Assembly (NCBI GenBank): GCA_947302535.1
Contig: CAMYVX010000003.1
Coordinates: 6,593-70,592 of the forward strand
Source of the DNA: an uncultured Bacillales bacterium
GTDB taxonomy: Bacteria > Bacillota_I > Bacilli_A > RFN20 > CAG-826
Reading direction: 5' to 3'
DNA length: 64,000 nt
Part shown: in pieces, positions 10,502 through 21,521 of the stretch
How the letters are laid out: each line of letters starts with the position of its first letter
How positions within the stretch are numbered: position 1 is the stretch's first letter
Made by a program: the position numbers and the translations under genes
The notes under the pieces: generated by a model
Databases searched by the model: none
What the model was told of the DNA's origin: nothing
Seen by the model: only the letters and a program-made list of their open reading frames with translations

Positions 10502-12315
10502 TATTTACCTCCTTCCTGTATTTCTCTTTCTAACTCTTGCAGAGTTACCATCTTCTTATAGGTTGGAGAAATCTTCATTAATTCATTATGACTAGCGAAG
10601 GCTTCAACTCTTCCTTCGTTAAAAACAAGAATACGATCTAACTTATTAACAGTGGAAACTCGAGAAGCCACGACTAAAGTGGTCTGGTCTTTTCTTTCGT
10701 TTCTAATGTTATTTAATATTTCTTCTTCGGTTTTGATATCAACCGCACTAACTGAATCATCAAGAATCAAAATGGGAGCTTTCTTTAAATAAGCTCGAGC
10801 AATAGAGATACGTTGTTTTTGTCCTCCCGAAAGAGTTATTCCTCTTTCTCCAGCTATGGTCTGATAATTATCTTTAAATTCAGATATATCGCGGTCAACA
10901 CCAGCAAATTTAGCCGCGGCTTTTACTTCTTCTAAACTTGTTTTTGTATCATAAAAAGCAATATTGTTATTAATCGTATCTCCAAATAAGAAATTATCTT
11001 GAGGAACATAAGAAACGTTATCTCTAAGCGAAGAGACTTTAATCTTCATTAAATCAACTCCGTCAATAAAGACCGTTCCTTCTTTAACGTTATATAAACG
11101 GAGCAAAATATTCACAAATGTGGTTTTACCACATCCAATCTTACCAACAATACCTATTTTTTCTCCTGGATGAATAGTTAAAGAGACATCTTTTAAGGAA
11201 TTATGTCCATCTTCTTCATCGGGATAAGCAAAGGAAAAATCTTTAAACGTGATTTCTCCTTTAGCGTTCACTAAGGTCACTGCGCCTTCTTCATCTTTAA
11301 TATCTTCAGGTGCATTTAAGAAATTAACGATTCTTTTTAACGAGGTACGATAGCGAGAATGCATACTAATAATTTGCCCCATAGCGATAAGTGGCCAAAT
11401 TAAAGCATCAAATAAATAGAAGAATTCCGCTAAATCGCCATTAGTCATAGTTACTGGATGACCAAATAAAGATATTTGGTTACCAGTCAAAGTCTTATAG
11501 ATTAAATAGCCTCCACCACCAAGAATAATAACAGCGATAAAAGCGATAATTAATTCGATGGAAATACTAAATATAGCCGAAAGATGGCCCATCTTAAAGT
11601 TAGCGTCTTGGCTACGCTCAGCTACTTTTCTAAAAGCAAATAATTGTTGATTTTCCTTTACGAAAGCCTTAATGACTCTAATTCCAGTAAAGTTTTCTTG
11701 AGTAAAGTCATATAAAGCATCGTAGCTATTTTGTCTTTCCATCCATCTAATAGAAGAGAATGTTTCAACTAAGAATCCCCAAACAATAATTAATAGTAAC
11801 GGGAATAAAACCACTAATGATAACTGCCACTGCGCCATAAACATTTTTACAAAAGCAAAAATAGTTAAGAATATAGCGTCAATAAACATGATGGTACCCC
11901 AGCCCAAATATTCTTCGATGGTTTCTAAATCATTAGTAAACCAGGCCATGACGGTGCCAACTTTATTCTCGCGATAATAAGTTAAAGAAAGCTTCTCCGC
12001 TTTGATGAACATGTCACGACGAATTAAACTTTCAATCTTATGCGAAGCATAGAAGATAGAAATTCTCCATAAGATTCTTCCTAATAACATGCAAGCACCA
12101 ATAATAAAGACACGGCGGACAATATCAAAAACACAATCTCTTAGGGTATCATTCCATCCTGTATCAATCGCCGTGGTAAAAGCTTGCACAACTTCATTGA
12201 TTTCACTACTTAATCTGATTTGGATCCAGTCCACCGCGATTAAAGCAGCGATACCAAAAAGAAAGAACAGAGAAAATCTTTTATAAAATGAAAACATGTA
12301 TTTACGTGGTTTCAT
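10501..12315 (-). CDS. ABC transporter ATP-binding/permease protein (heterodimeric exporter subunit)
   Basis: 604 aa; TMD plus NBD (GKIGCGKTT, LSGGQKQR); start/stop overlap with partner gene. Confidence 0.85.
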   Translation of the reverse strand: MKPRKYMFSFYKRFSLFFLFGIAALIAVDWIQIRLSSEINEVVQAFTTAIDTGWNDTLRDCVFDIVRRVFIIGACMLLGRILWRISIFYASHKIESLIRRDMFIKAEKLSLTYYRENKVGTVMAWFTNDLETIEEYLGWGTIMFIDAIFLTIFAFVKMFMAQWQLSLVVLFPLLLIIVWGFLVETFSSIRWMERQNSYDALYDFTQENFTGIRVIKAFVKENQQLFAFRKVAERSQDANFKMGHLSAIFSISIELIIAFIAVIILGGGGYLIYKTLTGNQISLFGHPVTMTNGDLAEFFYLFDALIWPLIAMGQIISMHSRYRTSLKRIVNFLNAPEDIKDEEGAVTLVNAKGEITFKDFSFAYPDEEDGHNSLKDVSLTIHPGEKIGIVGKIGCGKTTFVNILLRLYNVKEGTVFIDGVDLMKIKVSSLRDNVSYVPQDNFLFGDTINNNIAFYDTKTSLEEVKAAAKFAGVDRDISEFKDNYQTIAGERGITLSGGQKQRISIARAYLKKAPILILDDSVSAVDIKTEEEILNNIRNERKDQTTLVVASRVSTVNKLDRILVFNEGRVEAFASHNELMKISPTYKKMVTLQELEREIQEGGK

Positions 12316-12372
12316 GGTTAAATACTATAATTTTTATATAAAAAAGCAAAGAAGAAATTACAAAGTAATTAC

Positions 12373-13935
12373 TTAATTGTGCTTTTCATATTCATTAATT
12401 AAATACTCAATGCTGGTAAAGCCTTTATATTGACTGGTTCTTAAGTTTCCAGTGATATCTATATATTTATAACCTTGAAGGGAACTAGAAGAGATATTAA
12501 AGCCGGTTAATTTGCTACTTTGTCCAATCGGAGTTAATAAATGTTCACCATTGCGAGAAAACTTCAATGAAGGAACATAAACATTTTTAATTCTTAATAA
12601 AGGTCGAGGGAAGCCTTCCCCAAATGGGGAAAATGTTTCAATCAAACGATAATTATCTAAAGTAATCTCGGTTAAATAAAAGTCAATCGCTGCTTTTTCG
12701 ACTTTTTCTATTGGTTTACTCAAACAATATGAAAGGAAATGTTCTTTGAAGATATCAATTTTATCAACAGCTACCGAACAACCACCTGCTCCAGGATGAC
12801 CACCAAAAACAATGAGATCATCTTTTAAAGCGTCGAAGCATTCAACAATGCTAAATCCTTCAGGAGCACGAGCACTACCTTTATAAGATTCGCCACTCTT
12901 TTCTAAAGATAAAACGATTGTAGGTACATGATATTTATTTACTAAAGCTGTAGCAATTAGTCCTAACAGCCCTTCTTTAACATTACTGACATAAACGATG
13001 CCCTTATCTTTAAGTGTAAAATCATTAAGGGCTTCTGCAGCTTCTTTTGAAAGAATTTTTCTTTCTTCGTTTACTGCATTTATCCATTCGATGTAGTGTA
13101 ATAGTTCTTCTTTTTTACTCTCGACAAAATATTTGACTAAATTATTGATATCGTTTCCATCAATCATTCTTCCAATCGCATTGATCTTAGGAGCAATTTT
13201 CATACCGATTGTGGTCTCGTTAAATGGTTCCATTTCCTTTAATGCGTCGATAGTAAAGAATTCTCCATCCTTATAATTATTAATAACTAATCGTAGAAGA
13301 TTTCGATTATATTGCTTTAAGGGCATCATATCAGAAATTAAGGAAATTGAGGCTAGAATTGAGAGATATTTATCAAAATAGCCAAGAAATTCAATTGAAA
13401 ACATGAAAGCAACAAATCCAGCTGAAGTCGCTATTTCACCAAAGCAGGAATATTCTGGATGGATGATGTAATCAGCAGGGGGAAGCTCTTCTTGCAGACT
13501 ATGATGATCAAGAACAAGAACCTTAACATTATGTTTTTTTAATAGTTTTATTTGTTCTATAACGGCGACACCGTTATCGACACAGATGAGTAAATCAACT
13601 TTATTATCTATACATTCTTGCGCCTTTTTGAGGGTTAATCCATATCCATCATCATAACGGTTCGGTAAATAGTATTCTGCTTCCACATTCTTATAGCGGA
13701 GCATCTTCACTAATATCGATGTTCCCATCACTCCATCAGCGTCATAATCTCCATAAATGAATATCTTTCCTTTATTCTTTATAACTTCATCTAATAAGGC
13801 TTTAGCTTTTTCGATATCTTTAAAACGGTGAGCATAGGCAAAATTAGATTCATCAACATCTTGAATAAGGGATTGATAATCAGTTTCGTCAATATTGTAG
13901 TAATTTAATAAGCGAGTAAATAAATCTTTATTCAT
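12373..13935 (-). CDS. DHH/DHHA1 phosphoesterase, RecJ-like
   Basis: 520 aa; DHH motifs (DHH at about aa 143) and DHHA1 GGHPGAGG. Confidence 0.7.
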   Translation of the reverse strand: MNKDLFTRLLNYYNIDETDYQSLIQDVDESNFAYAHRFKDIEKAKALLDEVIKNKGKIFIYGDYDADGVMGTSILVKMLRYKNVEAEYYLPNRYDDGYGLTLKKAQECIDNKVDLLICVDNGVAVIEQIKLLKKHNVKVLVLDHHSLQEELPPADYIIHPEYSCFGEIATSAGFVAFMFSIEFLGYFDKYLSILASISLISDMMPLKQYNRNLLRLVINNYKDGEFFTIDALKEMEPFNETTIGMKIAPKINAIGRMIDGNDINNLVKYFVESKKEELLHYIEWINAVNEERKILSKEAAEALNDFTLKDKGIVYVSNVKEGLLGLIATALVNKYHVPTIVLSLEKSGESYKGSARAPEGFSIVECFDALKDDLIVFGGHPGAGGCSVAVDKIDIFKEHFLSYCLSKPIEKVEKAAIDFYLTEITLDNYRLIETFSPFGEGFPRPLLRIKNVYVPSLKFSRNGEHLLTPIGQSSKLTGFNISSSSLQGYKYIDITGNLRTSQYKGFTSIEYLINEYEKHN

Positions 13936-13974
13936 ATTTATATGATAAAGGCCACACTGAAGTGGCCTATATAA

Positions 13975-16677
13975 TTAGTCGTTAATACCAATGAAGATTG
14001 CTTCTTCAGGTTCTGCACCTTTATTAGCACGGACTGGTTTCTTATTCTTTCTTGGTTTGCGTTTTCTTTCGATGTTATCAAGTTTGAATTTAGCATAGAA
14101 GAAATTAGAAATAGGCACCAATAAGGTTGTAACGGCAATAAATGTAACGATACTAGAAATAGCTAGAGCTAAGAACATCCAGGATGTCACAATTGGACCA
14201 AAGCCAAAGAAGTCAATGGCGAGCCAGAAGATAAAGATGAATGAAGATAATGTTAAGGAGAACACTAAGGAGTTGGACTTATTCAAAAGTTCAGCGCGGT
14301 GTTCAGAAGAATTATCTCTTACTTTTTCTTCTAGAATCATATCTCTTTCTTTATTCATGATGGCAATTGCTAAAGCAAAAGCAAAGACACCAACGACAGG
14401 AACAAAGGCAAGAGTGTAAGAAGTGACAGGTAGTCTTACTAAAGCGAAGAATCCCCACATAAATGTCGCTGAAGCAAGGGCTAAGATATAAGCGCCTAAA
14501 CCACGAGACAAACGATATCTAAGGACTAAATAGAATCCAGCAACAGTAACACCAACTAAAGTTGCAAGAGCGGCTGGCCAAGCTACTGGAGAATCATTAC
14601 TATAAGTCTTAGTAACTTTCATAGAAATAGAATCGGTTTCATCATCAAAGCGATCAGAAACGACATATTCAATAGTCTCTTCGAGGCTAGCAAATTTTTC
14701 TACTTTATCATCATGTGTATAAATACCTTTATAGGAAGCTGGATCATAACTACCATCTAAGGTAACTAAGAATGTGTAATGTTCAATTGGATTCTCCTCA
14801 TCATCAGGATTTGGTTCACTCCAAGTATCTTTCTTCTCTAAAGAAGAAACAACATCGGAAAGTTTCTTCGCATCTTCTTCATCTTTTTCATAGAAAGAGA
14901 TTTGTTCAAGAACTTCTCTTACATCCGCTTCTTCAGTTAATCCACTATATTCGTTTGTGGTTTCAAAATAAATTTGTGAGTTGCCAACTTTGCTACCTTG
15001 AGCATAGATTTGGCCTTTATTAATAGCACCAAAGACAATACCTCCAACTAAGGAAGCCACAAATAAAGCGGCAAAGACAATACCAATTGGCTTCTTTTTC
15101 TTAGTGAAATCTTTATCGGCATATGCACCATAATAAGTTTGTTTTTCTTCTTTAGCTAAGTTAGGAACATGTTCACCATTAATACCAAAGACTTCGTATT
15201 TACCTTGTAAGCAAGTTGCATTAGTGGCTAACCACATCATACCTTTTAATAAGGTGACATTTAATAATAAGGAAGCTAAGCCACCAAAGACAGTAATAAC
15301 AGCAAAGGTTCTCATGGCTTGTCCGCCTAAAACATAGCAGAAGATACCAATAATCATTAAGACGACGTTAACGTCGACAATTGGAAGCAAGGATCTTCTA
15401 CTAGCTTCGCTATTGGCTTTCTTTAAGCTCCTACCACGATATGCTTCTTCTTTCATCTTGTGCATATAGATAATGCTACTTGTTAAAGAAGCAAAGGCCA
15501 CAGCAATTAAAGCAGCAACGGCAAATGTTGTAAATTCAGCATTGAATAAGATAGTTGCCCCGATAGCAGCAAAGATAGAAACAACTGCGTTAACAACAAT
15601 ACTTAAAGTAGATAGACGATAGAAAGCCACTAAGATAAAGGCAAGGATAATAAGAGCGGCAATCATAGCAATGAAAGTTTTGCTGAAGCTTAATCCACCT
15701 TCATTAACTAAGGTTTCATTCCAAGCACTAGCGCTCTTTGAGTATAAGTAAGTGACTTTATAATCTAATTCACCAGCGTTAATTAAATTAACGATATAAC
15801 GGGCTTGATTATAGCCGTATTCTTTTTCACTTAAATCAATATCACCGCTACTATCACGGTCCATATTAACCATGGAATAGAGTTTGTTATATTCTCCATC
15901 GTCATAATAGAAGGAGGTTTTGTTGCCATCCTCATCTTCACTTTCAGGAGTAATTTCGAATTTCATTAATAAGCGACTTGTCGCTGATTCTTTTTTCTCT
16001 TTCAAAGCATCAAAAGTACATTTTTCATCATCATAGTCATACCAAAGGTAGAAATAGCAATGATATTCAGTAACTTCTTCGCCATCATCTCCTTGAGAGG
16101 AAGTGGCTTCGCCAAATTCTGATTTCTTGCTATCATCGGCTAAGTCGTCTTCAGTTTCTTGGAGCATTTGTTTATAGTAAGAGTTTTCAACATCAACAGG
16201 TAAAACAACTGATGGGTAACCATTACTAGTAGTTTTCATAATAGCTTGTTCGCCACTTGGGAGGAAGGATGGGTTATCATCGTTATCAGATGTAGTTAAG
16301 ACAGTGTTATGGGCGTTACTTAAACCAAGAGAACCATTGAATGATAAATAGGTTCTAATATGTTCTAATTCTTCTTCACTATAGGATTTTAAAGTGACTT
16401 TAACAGTATCTTGATTTTGAGTCTCGACTTTATAGTTAGAAACTTTATAAATATCAAGTCTTTCAATCATCTTTTCGGCGATATAGTCGGCGCCTTTTTC
16501 TTCGCCCATTCCAATATCTTCACCGTTTTCGTCAACGTTAGTTACTCTAAAGGTCATCTCTGTACCGTTACTATATTCAATATTGAATTGAGATTTCACG
16601 AAAACAGAAACGAATGTTGTACCCACAAGTACAAGCGCGGTAACTGCGGTAATAATGTAAGCCCATAATCTACGCAT
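13975..16677 (-). CDS. secDF: Protein translocase subunit SecDF (fused)
   Basis: 900 aa; N-terminal TM, large periplasmic domain, two 6-TM bundles; fused SecD-SecF. Confidence 0.8.
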   Translation of the reverse strand: MRRLWAYIITAVTALVLVGTTFVSVFVKSQFNIEYSNGTEMTFRVTNVDENGEDIGMGEEKGADYIAEKMIERLDIYKVSNYKVETQNQDTVKVTLKSYSEEELEHIRTYLSFNGSLGLSNAHNTVLTTSDNDDNPSFLPSGEQAIMKTTSNGYPSVVLPVDVENSYYKQMLQETEDDLADDSKKSEFGEATSSQGDDGEEVTEYHCYFYLWYDYDDEKCTFDALKEKKESATSRLLMKFEITPESEDEDGNKTSFYYDDGEYNKLYSMVNMDRDSSGDIDLSEKEYGYNQARYIVNLINAGELDYKVTYLYSKSASAWNETLVNEGGLSFSKTFIAMIAALIILAFILVAFYRLSTLSIVVNAVVSIFAAIGATILFNAEFTTFAVAALIAVAFASLTSSIIYMHKMKEEAYRGRSLKKANSEASRRSLLPIVDVNVVLMIIGIFCYVLGGQAMRTFAVITVFGGLASLLLNVTLLKGMMWLATNATCLQGKYEVFGINGEHVPNLAKEEKQTYYGAYADKDFTKKKKPIGIVFAALFVASLVGGIVFGAINKGQIYAQGSKVGNSQIYFETTNEYSGLTEEADVREVLEQISFYEKDEEDAKKLSDVVSSLEKKDTWSEPNPDDEENPIEHYTFLVTLDGSYDPASYKGIYTHDDKVEKFASLEETIEYVVSDRFDDETDSISMKVTKTYSNDSPVAWPAALATLVGVTVAGFYLVLRYRLSRGLGAYILALASATFMWGFFALVRLPVTSYTLAFVPVVGVFAFALAIAIMNKERDMILEEKVRDNSSEHRAELLNKSNSLVFSLTLSSFIFIFWLAIDFFGFGPIVTSWMFLALAISSIVTFIAVTTLLVPISNFFYAKFKLDNIERKRKPRKNKKPVRANKGAEPEEAIFIGIND

Positions 16678-16773
16678 ATGTGTATCCTCCTAAGCGCATG
16701 AAAGCGCGTGCAAAAACACGTCTAGCAATAAATATACCTAACTTGAATATATATTTCAATATAAATTGAAAGG

Positions 16774-16800
16774 AAAAAATAAAACACCACCTTAATGGTG
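16774..16800 (-). terminator. Rho-independent terminator downstream of ruvB
   Basis: Hairpin caccaccttaatggtg followed on the minus strand by a T-run. Confidence 0.5.
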
Positions 16801-16816
16801 ATGTCATTATCTAACC

Positions 16817-17821
16817 TTAGAATAAGCTTTCTTGGAAACTGATTTTAAGATGTTTATATGCTTTTTCACTCGCCATTCTTCCACGAGGAGTACGATCAAT
16901 CATTCCTATTTGTAGTAAATATGGCTCGTATACATCTTCTAAATTGTTGATTTCTTCACCTATCGCGTTGGCTAAGGTGTCTAAGCCAACAGGACCACCA
17001 TGGAAGCGTTCAATTAATGTTCTTAAATAACGAATATCAACATCATCTAAACCAATACTATCAACCTTAAGAGCGGTTAAAGCATCAACGGCTATTTGAT
17101 ATGTAATCTCATCTTTGCCTTGGAAATTAGCAAAGTCACGGACACGTTTAAATAATCGGTTAGCAATACGTGGAGTTCCACGACTTCTCTTTGCTATTTC
17201 TTTAGCCGCTTCTTTGTCAATCTTTGTGGAGAATACTTTCGCTGTTCTTAAAACAATTTGTTCTATTTCTTCTACATCATAGAAATTAAGTTTTTCCATA
17301 ATGCCAAATCTCGCTCTTAAAGGAGAAGAGAGGTTACCCGCTCTTGTAGTTGCCCCAATTAAAGTAAATGGAGGGAGGTCTAAAGTTAAAGCGCGAGAGC
17401 CACTATCGCGGTTAATAATAACAGAAAATTTAAAGTCCTCCATCGCGGTATATAGCGCCTCTTCCACAACACGAGGAAGACGATGAATCTCATCGATGAA
17501 AAGGACATCTCCTGGCTCTAATTCCGCCAAAATAGCCGCTAAATCGCCGGTTTTTTCTAAAGATGGACCACTAGCAACGTGAATATGTGCATGCATTTCG
17601 TTAGCAATAACAAAAGCTAAAGTAGTCTTTCCTAATCCAGGAGGACCATAGAACAAAATATGATCAATTGGCTCTTCTCTATGTAATGCCGCACCAATAA
17701 AAACTTCAAGATTCTTTTTCAAATCTTTTTGTCCAACGTAACTCTTTAACGTTTGAGGTCTTAACGAATTCTCTTCTTCGCGGTCACTACTACTTAAATT
17801 GGCATCTAATAATCTTGACAT
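16817..17821 (-). CDS. ruvB: Holliday junction branch migration ATPase RuvB
   Basis: 334 aa; Walker A GPPGLGKTT; RuvB-specific winged-helix C-terminus. Confidence 0.9.
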   Translation of the reverse strand: MSRLLDANLSSSDREEENSLRPQTLKSYVGQKDLKKNLEVFIGAALHREEPIDHILFYGPPGLGKTTLAFVIANEMHAHIHVASGPSLEKTGDLAAILAELEPGDVLFIDEIHRLPRVVEEALYTAMEDFKFSVIINRDSGSRALTLDLPPFTLIGATTRAGNLSSPLRARFGIMEKLNFYDVEEIEQIVLRTAKVFSTKIDKEAAKEIAKRSRGTPRIANRLFKRVRDFANFQGKDEITYQIAVDALTALKVDSIGLDDVDIRYLRTLIERFHGGPVGLDTLANAIGEEINNLEDVYEPYLLQIGMIDRTPRGRMASEKAYKHLKISFQESLF

Positions 17822-17830
17822 ATTGACCTC

Positions 17831-18400
17831 CTACTTTTTCTTTTTCATATCGTTTAATTTTGAAAGCGCTTCTCTTAAAATTTCTTCTTCGTTAGCGTTA
17901 GGAAGATTGATATTTGCTAAGACACGGTCAATCGCCGCTCCTTTAAAGCCCATCGCTTTTAAGGCTTCATAAACATCTTCATAAATACCAGGATCGCCTT
18001 TATCGCCACCAGTTAATTCGCCTTTAAGATCAAGGATAATCTGAGCAGCAGCTTTTCCGCCAATACCAGGAAGTTTCTTTAAAAAAGCAACGTTATTTGA
18101 AGCAATAGCGTTAATCACTTGACTTGGAGAAGTCGCACTTAAAGCTGTAATCGCAGTTTTAGGTCCTAAACCTTTAACCTTTATTAAAGATAAAAATACC
18201 GCTTTTTCATCTAAGGAAGTAAAACCAACTAAATATTGTTCGTCTTCTCTAACAACATTATAAGTATATAAAACGATTTCTTCTCCAACTGTATAGTCAT
18301 CAATATGAGATACAAGGACTTGATAGCCGACATCATGGACATCAATAATCACTGTGTCTTTATCAATTAAAGCCACTTTTCCTTTTAGCATGTAAATCAT
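17831..18400 (-). CDS. ruvA: Holliday junction DNA helicase RuvA
   Basis: 189 aa; HhH motifs (GLGPKTA, GIGGKAA); immediately upstream of ruvB. Confidence 0.85.
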   Translation of the reverse strand: MIYMLKGKVALIDKDTVIIDVHDVGYQVLVSHIDDYTVGEEIVLYTYNVVREDEQYLVGFTSLDEKAVFLSLIKVKGLGPKTAITALSATSPSQVINAIASNNVAFLKKLPGIGGKAAAQIILDLKGELTGGDKGDPGIYEDVYEALKAMGFKGAAIDRVLANINLPNANEEEILREALSKLNDMKKKK

Positions 18401-18498
18401 TTGTCTACCTCCTTTATACGTTAACTAATATAAAAATAATAAGAACTAATAAGGCTAATAACGAGCCCACTAAAGATGAAACAATAATTAGTTCTTTC

Positions 18499-19242
18499 TT
18501 ATTTTTCATCCCTAATAAACTCCTCAGCTTCAGGGATAGGAACACGTTTATGTTCACTAATTCTATGTAAATAATTAATTCTATCTAAAACTTCTTTATT
18601 AACAATCTTTCCTAAAAGGAAATCATCTAAATCTTTATAAGTAATACCCATTTCTTTTTCATCAGTCTGGCCTTCAAATAGACCGGCGGATGGAACGCGT
18701 TCCGCTAAAAACAATGGAACACCTTTAATCTTTGCGGCTTCCACAACTTCTTTTTTCACTAATTTAGCAATAGGGAGTAAATCAGCTGCCCCATCTCCAT
18801 ATTTAGTAAAGTAGCCAGTATATCTTTCATCAGCATTATCAGTGCCTAGAACTAATAGATGATGTGTTTGTCCATAAGCATATAAAGTTGACATTCTCAT
18901 CCTCACTTTAAGGTTAGACAAGGAACCTTTATCAAGTTCTATTCCTTGTTCTTTAAAAGTTTTAACAAAGTTTTGGAATGTTTCACTTAGATCGATGACA
19001 TGATAATTTAAATCCAAAGCTTTGGCTAAGGCGATAGCGTCTTTTAAATCATCAGGATGAGAATCAATGGGCATCATAATACAGTGTAATTTGTCTTTAC
19101 CTACAGCTTCTTTGCTTAAGGCTGCGACCAAAGAAGAATCAACTCCACCAGAAAGCCCTAAAACATAGCCAGAGGCTTTAGTTTCAACTAAATAATTCTT
19201 TAAGAATTCTTCGATTCTATCTAAATATCTTTCTAGAGTCAT
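18499..19242 (-). CDS. nadE: NH3-dependent NAD+ synthetase
   Basis: 247 aa; PP-loop SGGVDSS. Confidence 0.85.
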   Translation of the reverse strand: MTLERYLDRIEEFLKNYLVETKASGYVLGLSGGVDSSLVAALSKEAVGKDKLHCIMMPIDSHPDDLKDAIALAKALDLNYHVIDLSETFQNFVKTFKEQGIELDKGSLSNLKVRMRMSTLYAYGQTHHLLVLGTDNADERYTGYFTKYGDGAADLLPIAKLVKKEVVEAAKIKGVPLFLAERVPSAGLFEGQTDEKEMGITYKDLDDFLLGKIVNKEVLDRINYLHRISEHKRVPIPEAEEFIRDEK

Positions 19243-19244
19243 AA

Positions 19245-20522
19245 CTACCTCACATAGTCAAAAGCAAAATCGCCTAAAATAACAGTATCTCCGTCAAGCG
19301 CTCCACGAGCTTCTAGTTCATCATCAATACCGATCTTTCTTAATTTAGTTAATAAGACCATCATACCTTCATCAGTAGAAATATTAGTCATCTTATAGAA
19401 GCGAAGAATCTTATCTCCAATAATCTCCCAAGTATGAGCGTCTCTTCTAATGATTTCATATTCTTTTTCTTCCTCTTCAAGTTCATATAATCTATGATCA
19501 AGTTTTTCTTCCTCTTCATCATATAAAGGAAATAGAGGTGTTTTTTCTAATAAATCAGCAATTTTATATAATAAAACATCAATATTCTCTTCAGTTAAAG
19601 CGGAGATAGGAATAATGTCTTCTTTAATGTGCTTCTTTAATTCTTTCAATCTTTCGTTTGCACCATCTTCATCCATCTTTGAAGCGACAAGAATATGAGG
19701 GCGATTAATTAGACCGAATCCATATGATTCTAGTTCTTTATTAATCACTAAATAATCGTTATATGGGTCTCTACCTGATTCACCCAAATCAATAACATGG
19801 ACAACAACACGACATCTTTCGATATGTCTTAAGAATTGTAGACCTAATCCTTTACCTTGATGAGCTCCTTCAATTAATCCAGGAAGATCCGCCATCACGA
19901 AAGAACGATTGTCTTTAGTAGTAACAACACCAAGATTAGGAATAATGGTTGTAAAAGGGTAATCAGCAATTTCTGGTTTAGCAGCAGAAACTACCGATAA
20001 TAATGTTGATTTACCAACACTTGGGAAACCAACTAAACCAACATCCGCTAATAGTTTTAATTCAAGAATTAAACGTTTTCTTTCGCCAGGTTCACCGTTT
20101 TCCGCAATTTTAGGAGCGCGATTTGTGGAAGATTTGAAGCAGTTATTACCTCTACCACCTCTACCACCTTTAGCCACACGAACAATTCTTCCATCTTCAT
20201 TTAAGTCAGCGATAAATTTATGTTCTTTTTCTTCGTAAATTACTGTACCAACAGGGACATCTAAAATAATATCTTCAGCGTATTTACCATATTGATTTTT
20301 ATTACCACCTCTTTCTCCATCTTTACCGATGAAGGTTTTACTATGGCGATAATTAAAGAGGGTGTTAATTTTGCTATTAGCTCTTAAGTAGATAGAAGCA
20401 CCACGGCCTCCATTACCTCCAGCAGGTCCACCATTAGGTAAGAACTTTTCACGTAAAAAAGCAATAGCGCCATCTCCGCCTTTTCCACTTCTTACCTCAA
20501 TAACGACACGATCAATAAACAT
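19245..20522 (-). CDS. obg: GTPase Obg
   Basis: 425 aa; N-terminal Gly-rich Obg fold, G domain (GFPSVGKST), C-terminal OCT domain. Confidence 0.9.
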   Translation of the reverse strand: MFIDRVVIEVRSGKGGDGAIAFLREKFLPNGGPAGGNGGRGASIYLRANSKINTLFNYRHSKTFIGKDGERGGNKNQYGKYAEDIILDVPVGTVIYEEKEHKFIADLNEDGRIVRVAKGGRGGRGNNCFKSSTNRAPKIAENGEPGERKRLILELKLLADVGLVGFPSVGKSTLLSVVSAAKPEIADYPFTTIIPNLGVVTTKDNRSFVMADLPGLIEGAHQGKGLGLQFLRHIERCRVVVHVIDLGESGRDPYNDYLVINKELESYGFGLINRPHILVASKMDEDGANERLKELKKHIKEDIIPISALTEENIDVLLYKIADLLEKTPLFPLYDEEEEKLDHRLYELEEEEKEYEIIRRDAHTWEIIGDKILRFYKMTNISTDEGMMVLLTKLRKIGIDDELEARGALDGDTVILGDFAFDYVR

Positions 20523-20550
20523 AAAATACCTAGAATTATTATAAAATAAT

Positions 20551-20583
20551 TAAAAGAAAAAGACCACTTTAATTTAGTGGTCT
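20551..20583 (-). terminator. Rho-independent terminator downstream of rpmA
   Basis: Hairpin agaccactttaatttagtggtct followed on the minus strand by a T-run. Confidence 0.6.
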
Positions 20584-20602
20584 TATCGTACAATTCTTTA
20601 AT

Positions 20603-20887
20603 CTAGTCGCTAACAACAACTTTAACAGCCTTGCGATCTTTACCAACGCGGTAATATTTCACAATACCGTTAGCGGTAGCAAAAATAGTATCATCTTTAC
20701 CAATTTTGGTATTTTCACCTGGATAAATTCTAGTTCCTCTTTGACGATAGATAATGGAACCAGAATGGCACCATTGACCATCTGCCACTTTGGCGCCTAA
20801 ACGACGACCAGCAGAATCACGTCCGTTTTTTGTGGAACCGACACCTTTTTTAGAAGCAAAGAGTTGTAAATTTAATTTAAACATCAT
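20603..20887 (-). CDS. rpmA: 50S ribosomal protein L27 with Prp-cleavable N-terminal extension
   Basis: The track ORF starts at an upstream GTG; likely start is ATG at 20887 or 20884 ([15 protein letters not shown]...), preceded by gaaaggg. The [10 protein letters not shown] extension is the classic Prp cleavage site. Confidence 0.85.
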   Translation of the reverse strand: MMFKLNLQLFASKKGVGSTKNGRDSAGRRLGAKVADGQWCHSGSIIYRQRGTRIYPGENTKIGKDDTIFATANGIVKYYRVGKDRKAVKVVVSD

Positions 20888-20904
20888 AATTGAATACACC
20901 CTTT

Positions 20905-21210
20905 CTATAAAATTTGAATTTTGACGAACTTCTTATTGCTCTCTTCAACAGTTTGAAGTGAGGTAATGATTGTTTCAATCACTACTTCGTCATGAGCGGA
21001 AATATCTTCTAGTACTTTGATTTTTACATGTCCTTCTTCAAAAAGAATTTCATAATTGTCTAAATCGTGAAGATTATTAAGACCTCCGGTGATGATAGCG
21101 CTGACTCCAGCACACACTAGATCTTTGCCATATTCATCACTATGAGCGTGACCTTTTATTTCTAAGCAAGTCACTTTCTTTCCGTCTTTTTTGATTAATA
21201 TATTAATCAT
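20905..21210 (-). CDS. prp: Ribosomal-processing cysteine protease Prp
   Basis: 101 aa between rplU and rpmA; His/Cys dyad context [19 protein letters not shown]. Confidence 0.8.
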   Translation of the reverse strand: MINILIKKDGKKVTCLEIKGHAHSDEYGKDLVCAGVSAIITGGLNNLHDLDNYEILFEEGHVKIKVLEDISAHDEVVIETIITSLQTVEESNKKFVKIQIL

Positions 21211-21212
21211 GA

Positions 21213-21521
21213 TTAAGCATTAATGGCTTCGATAAGTAAGCAAGTATATGGTTGACGATGACCAATGGTCTTATGTTCATTGGCTTTGCTCTTATACTTG
21301 TAGACGCGAATCTTTCTTGCTTTGCCTTGCTTAACAACTTTAGCTGTGACGGTGGCACCTTTAACATATGGTGTTCCCACTTCTGTTGATTTGTCAGCAA
21401 CTAATAAAACTTTATCAAGGGTAACAACGGATTCAACTTCAGCATCTAATTTTTCAACGAAAATCTTAGAGCCAACTTCCACACGGACTTGTTTACCGCC
21501 AGTTTCAACAATAGCGTACAT
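21213..21521 (-). CDS. rplU: 50S ribosomal protein L21
   Basis: 102 aa; [11 protein letters not shown] start typical of L21. Confidence 0.9.
   Translation of the reverse strand: MYAIVETGGKQVRVEVGSKIFVEKLDAEVESVVTLDKVLLVADKSTEVGTPYVKGATVTAKVVKQGKARKIRVYKYKSKANEHKTIGHRQPYTCLLIEAINA

Noticed and set aside
8720-12315. The two ABC transporter genes as possible export/processing partners (PCAT) of the Nif11-type GG-leader peptide
   Set aside because: Both proteins begin directly with the membrane domain and lack an N-terminal C39 peptidase. They are 50 kb away in a housekeeping block and look like an ordinary heterodimeric multidrug-type exporter.
13938-14138. 66-aa ORF overlapping the secDF 3' end and recJ-like 5' region
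   Set aside because: It is embedded in the secDF frame region and has no independent support.
20888-20899. Upstream GTG start for L27 (MYSIMM...)
   Set aside because: ATG at 20887 or 20884 with a gaaaggg RBS gives the expected Prp-processed N-terminus; the GTG extension is unnecessary.
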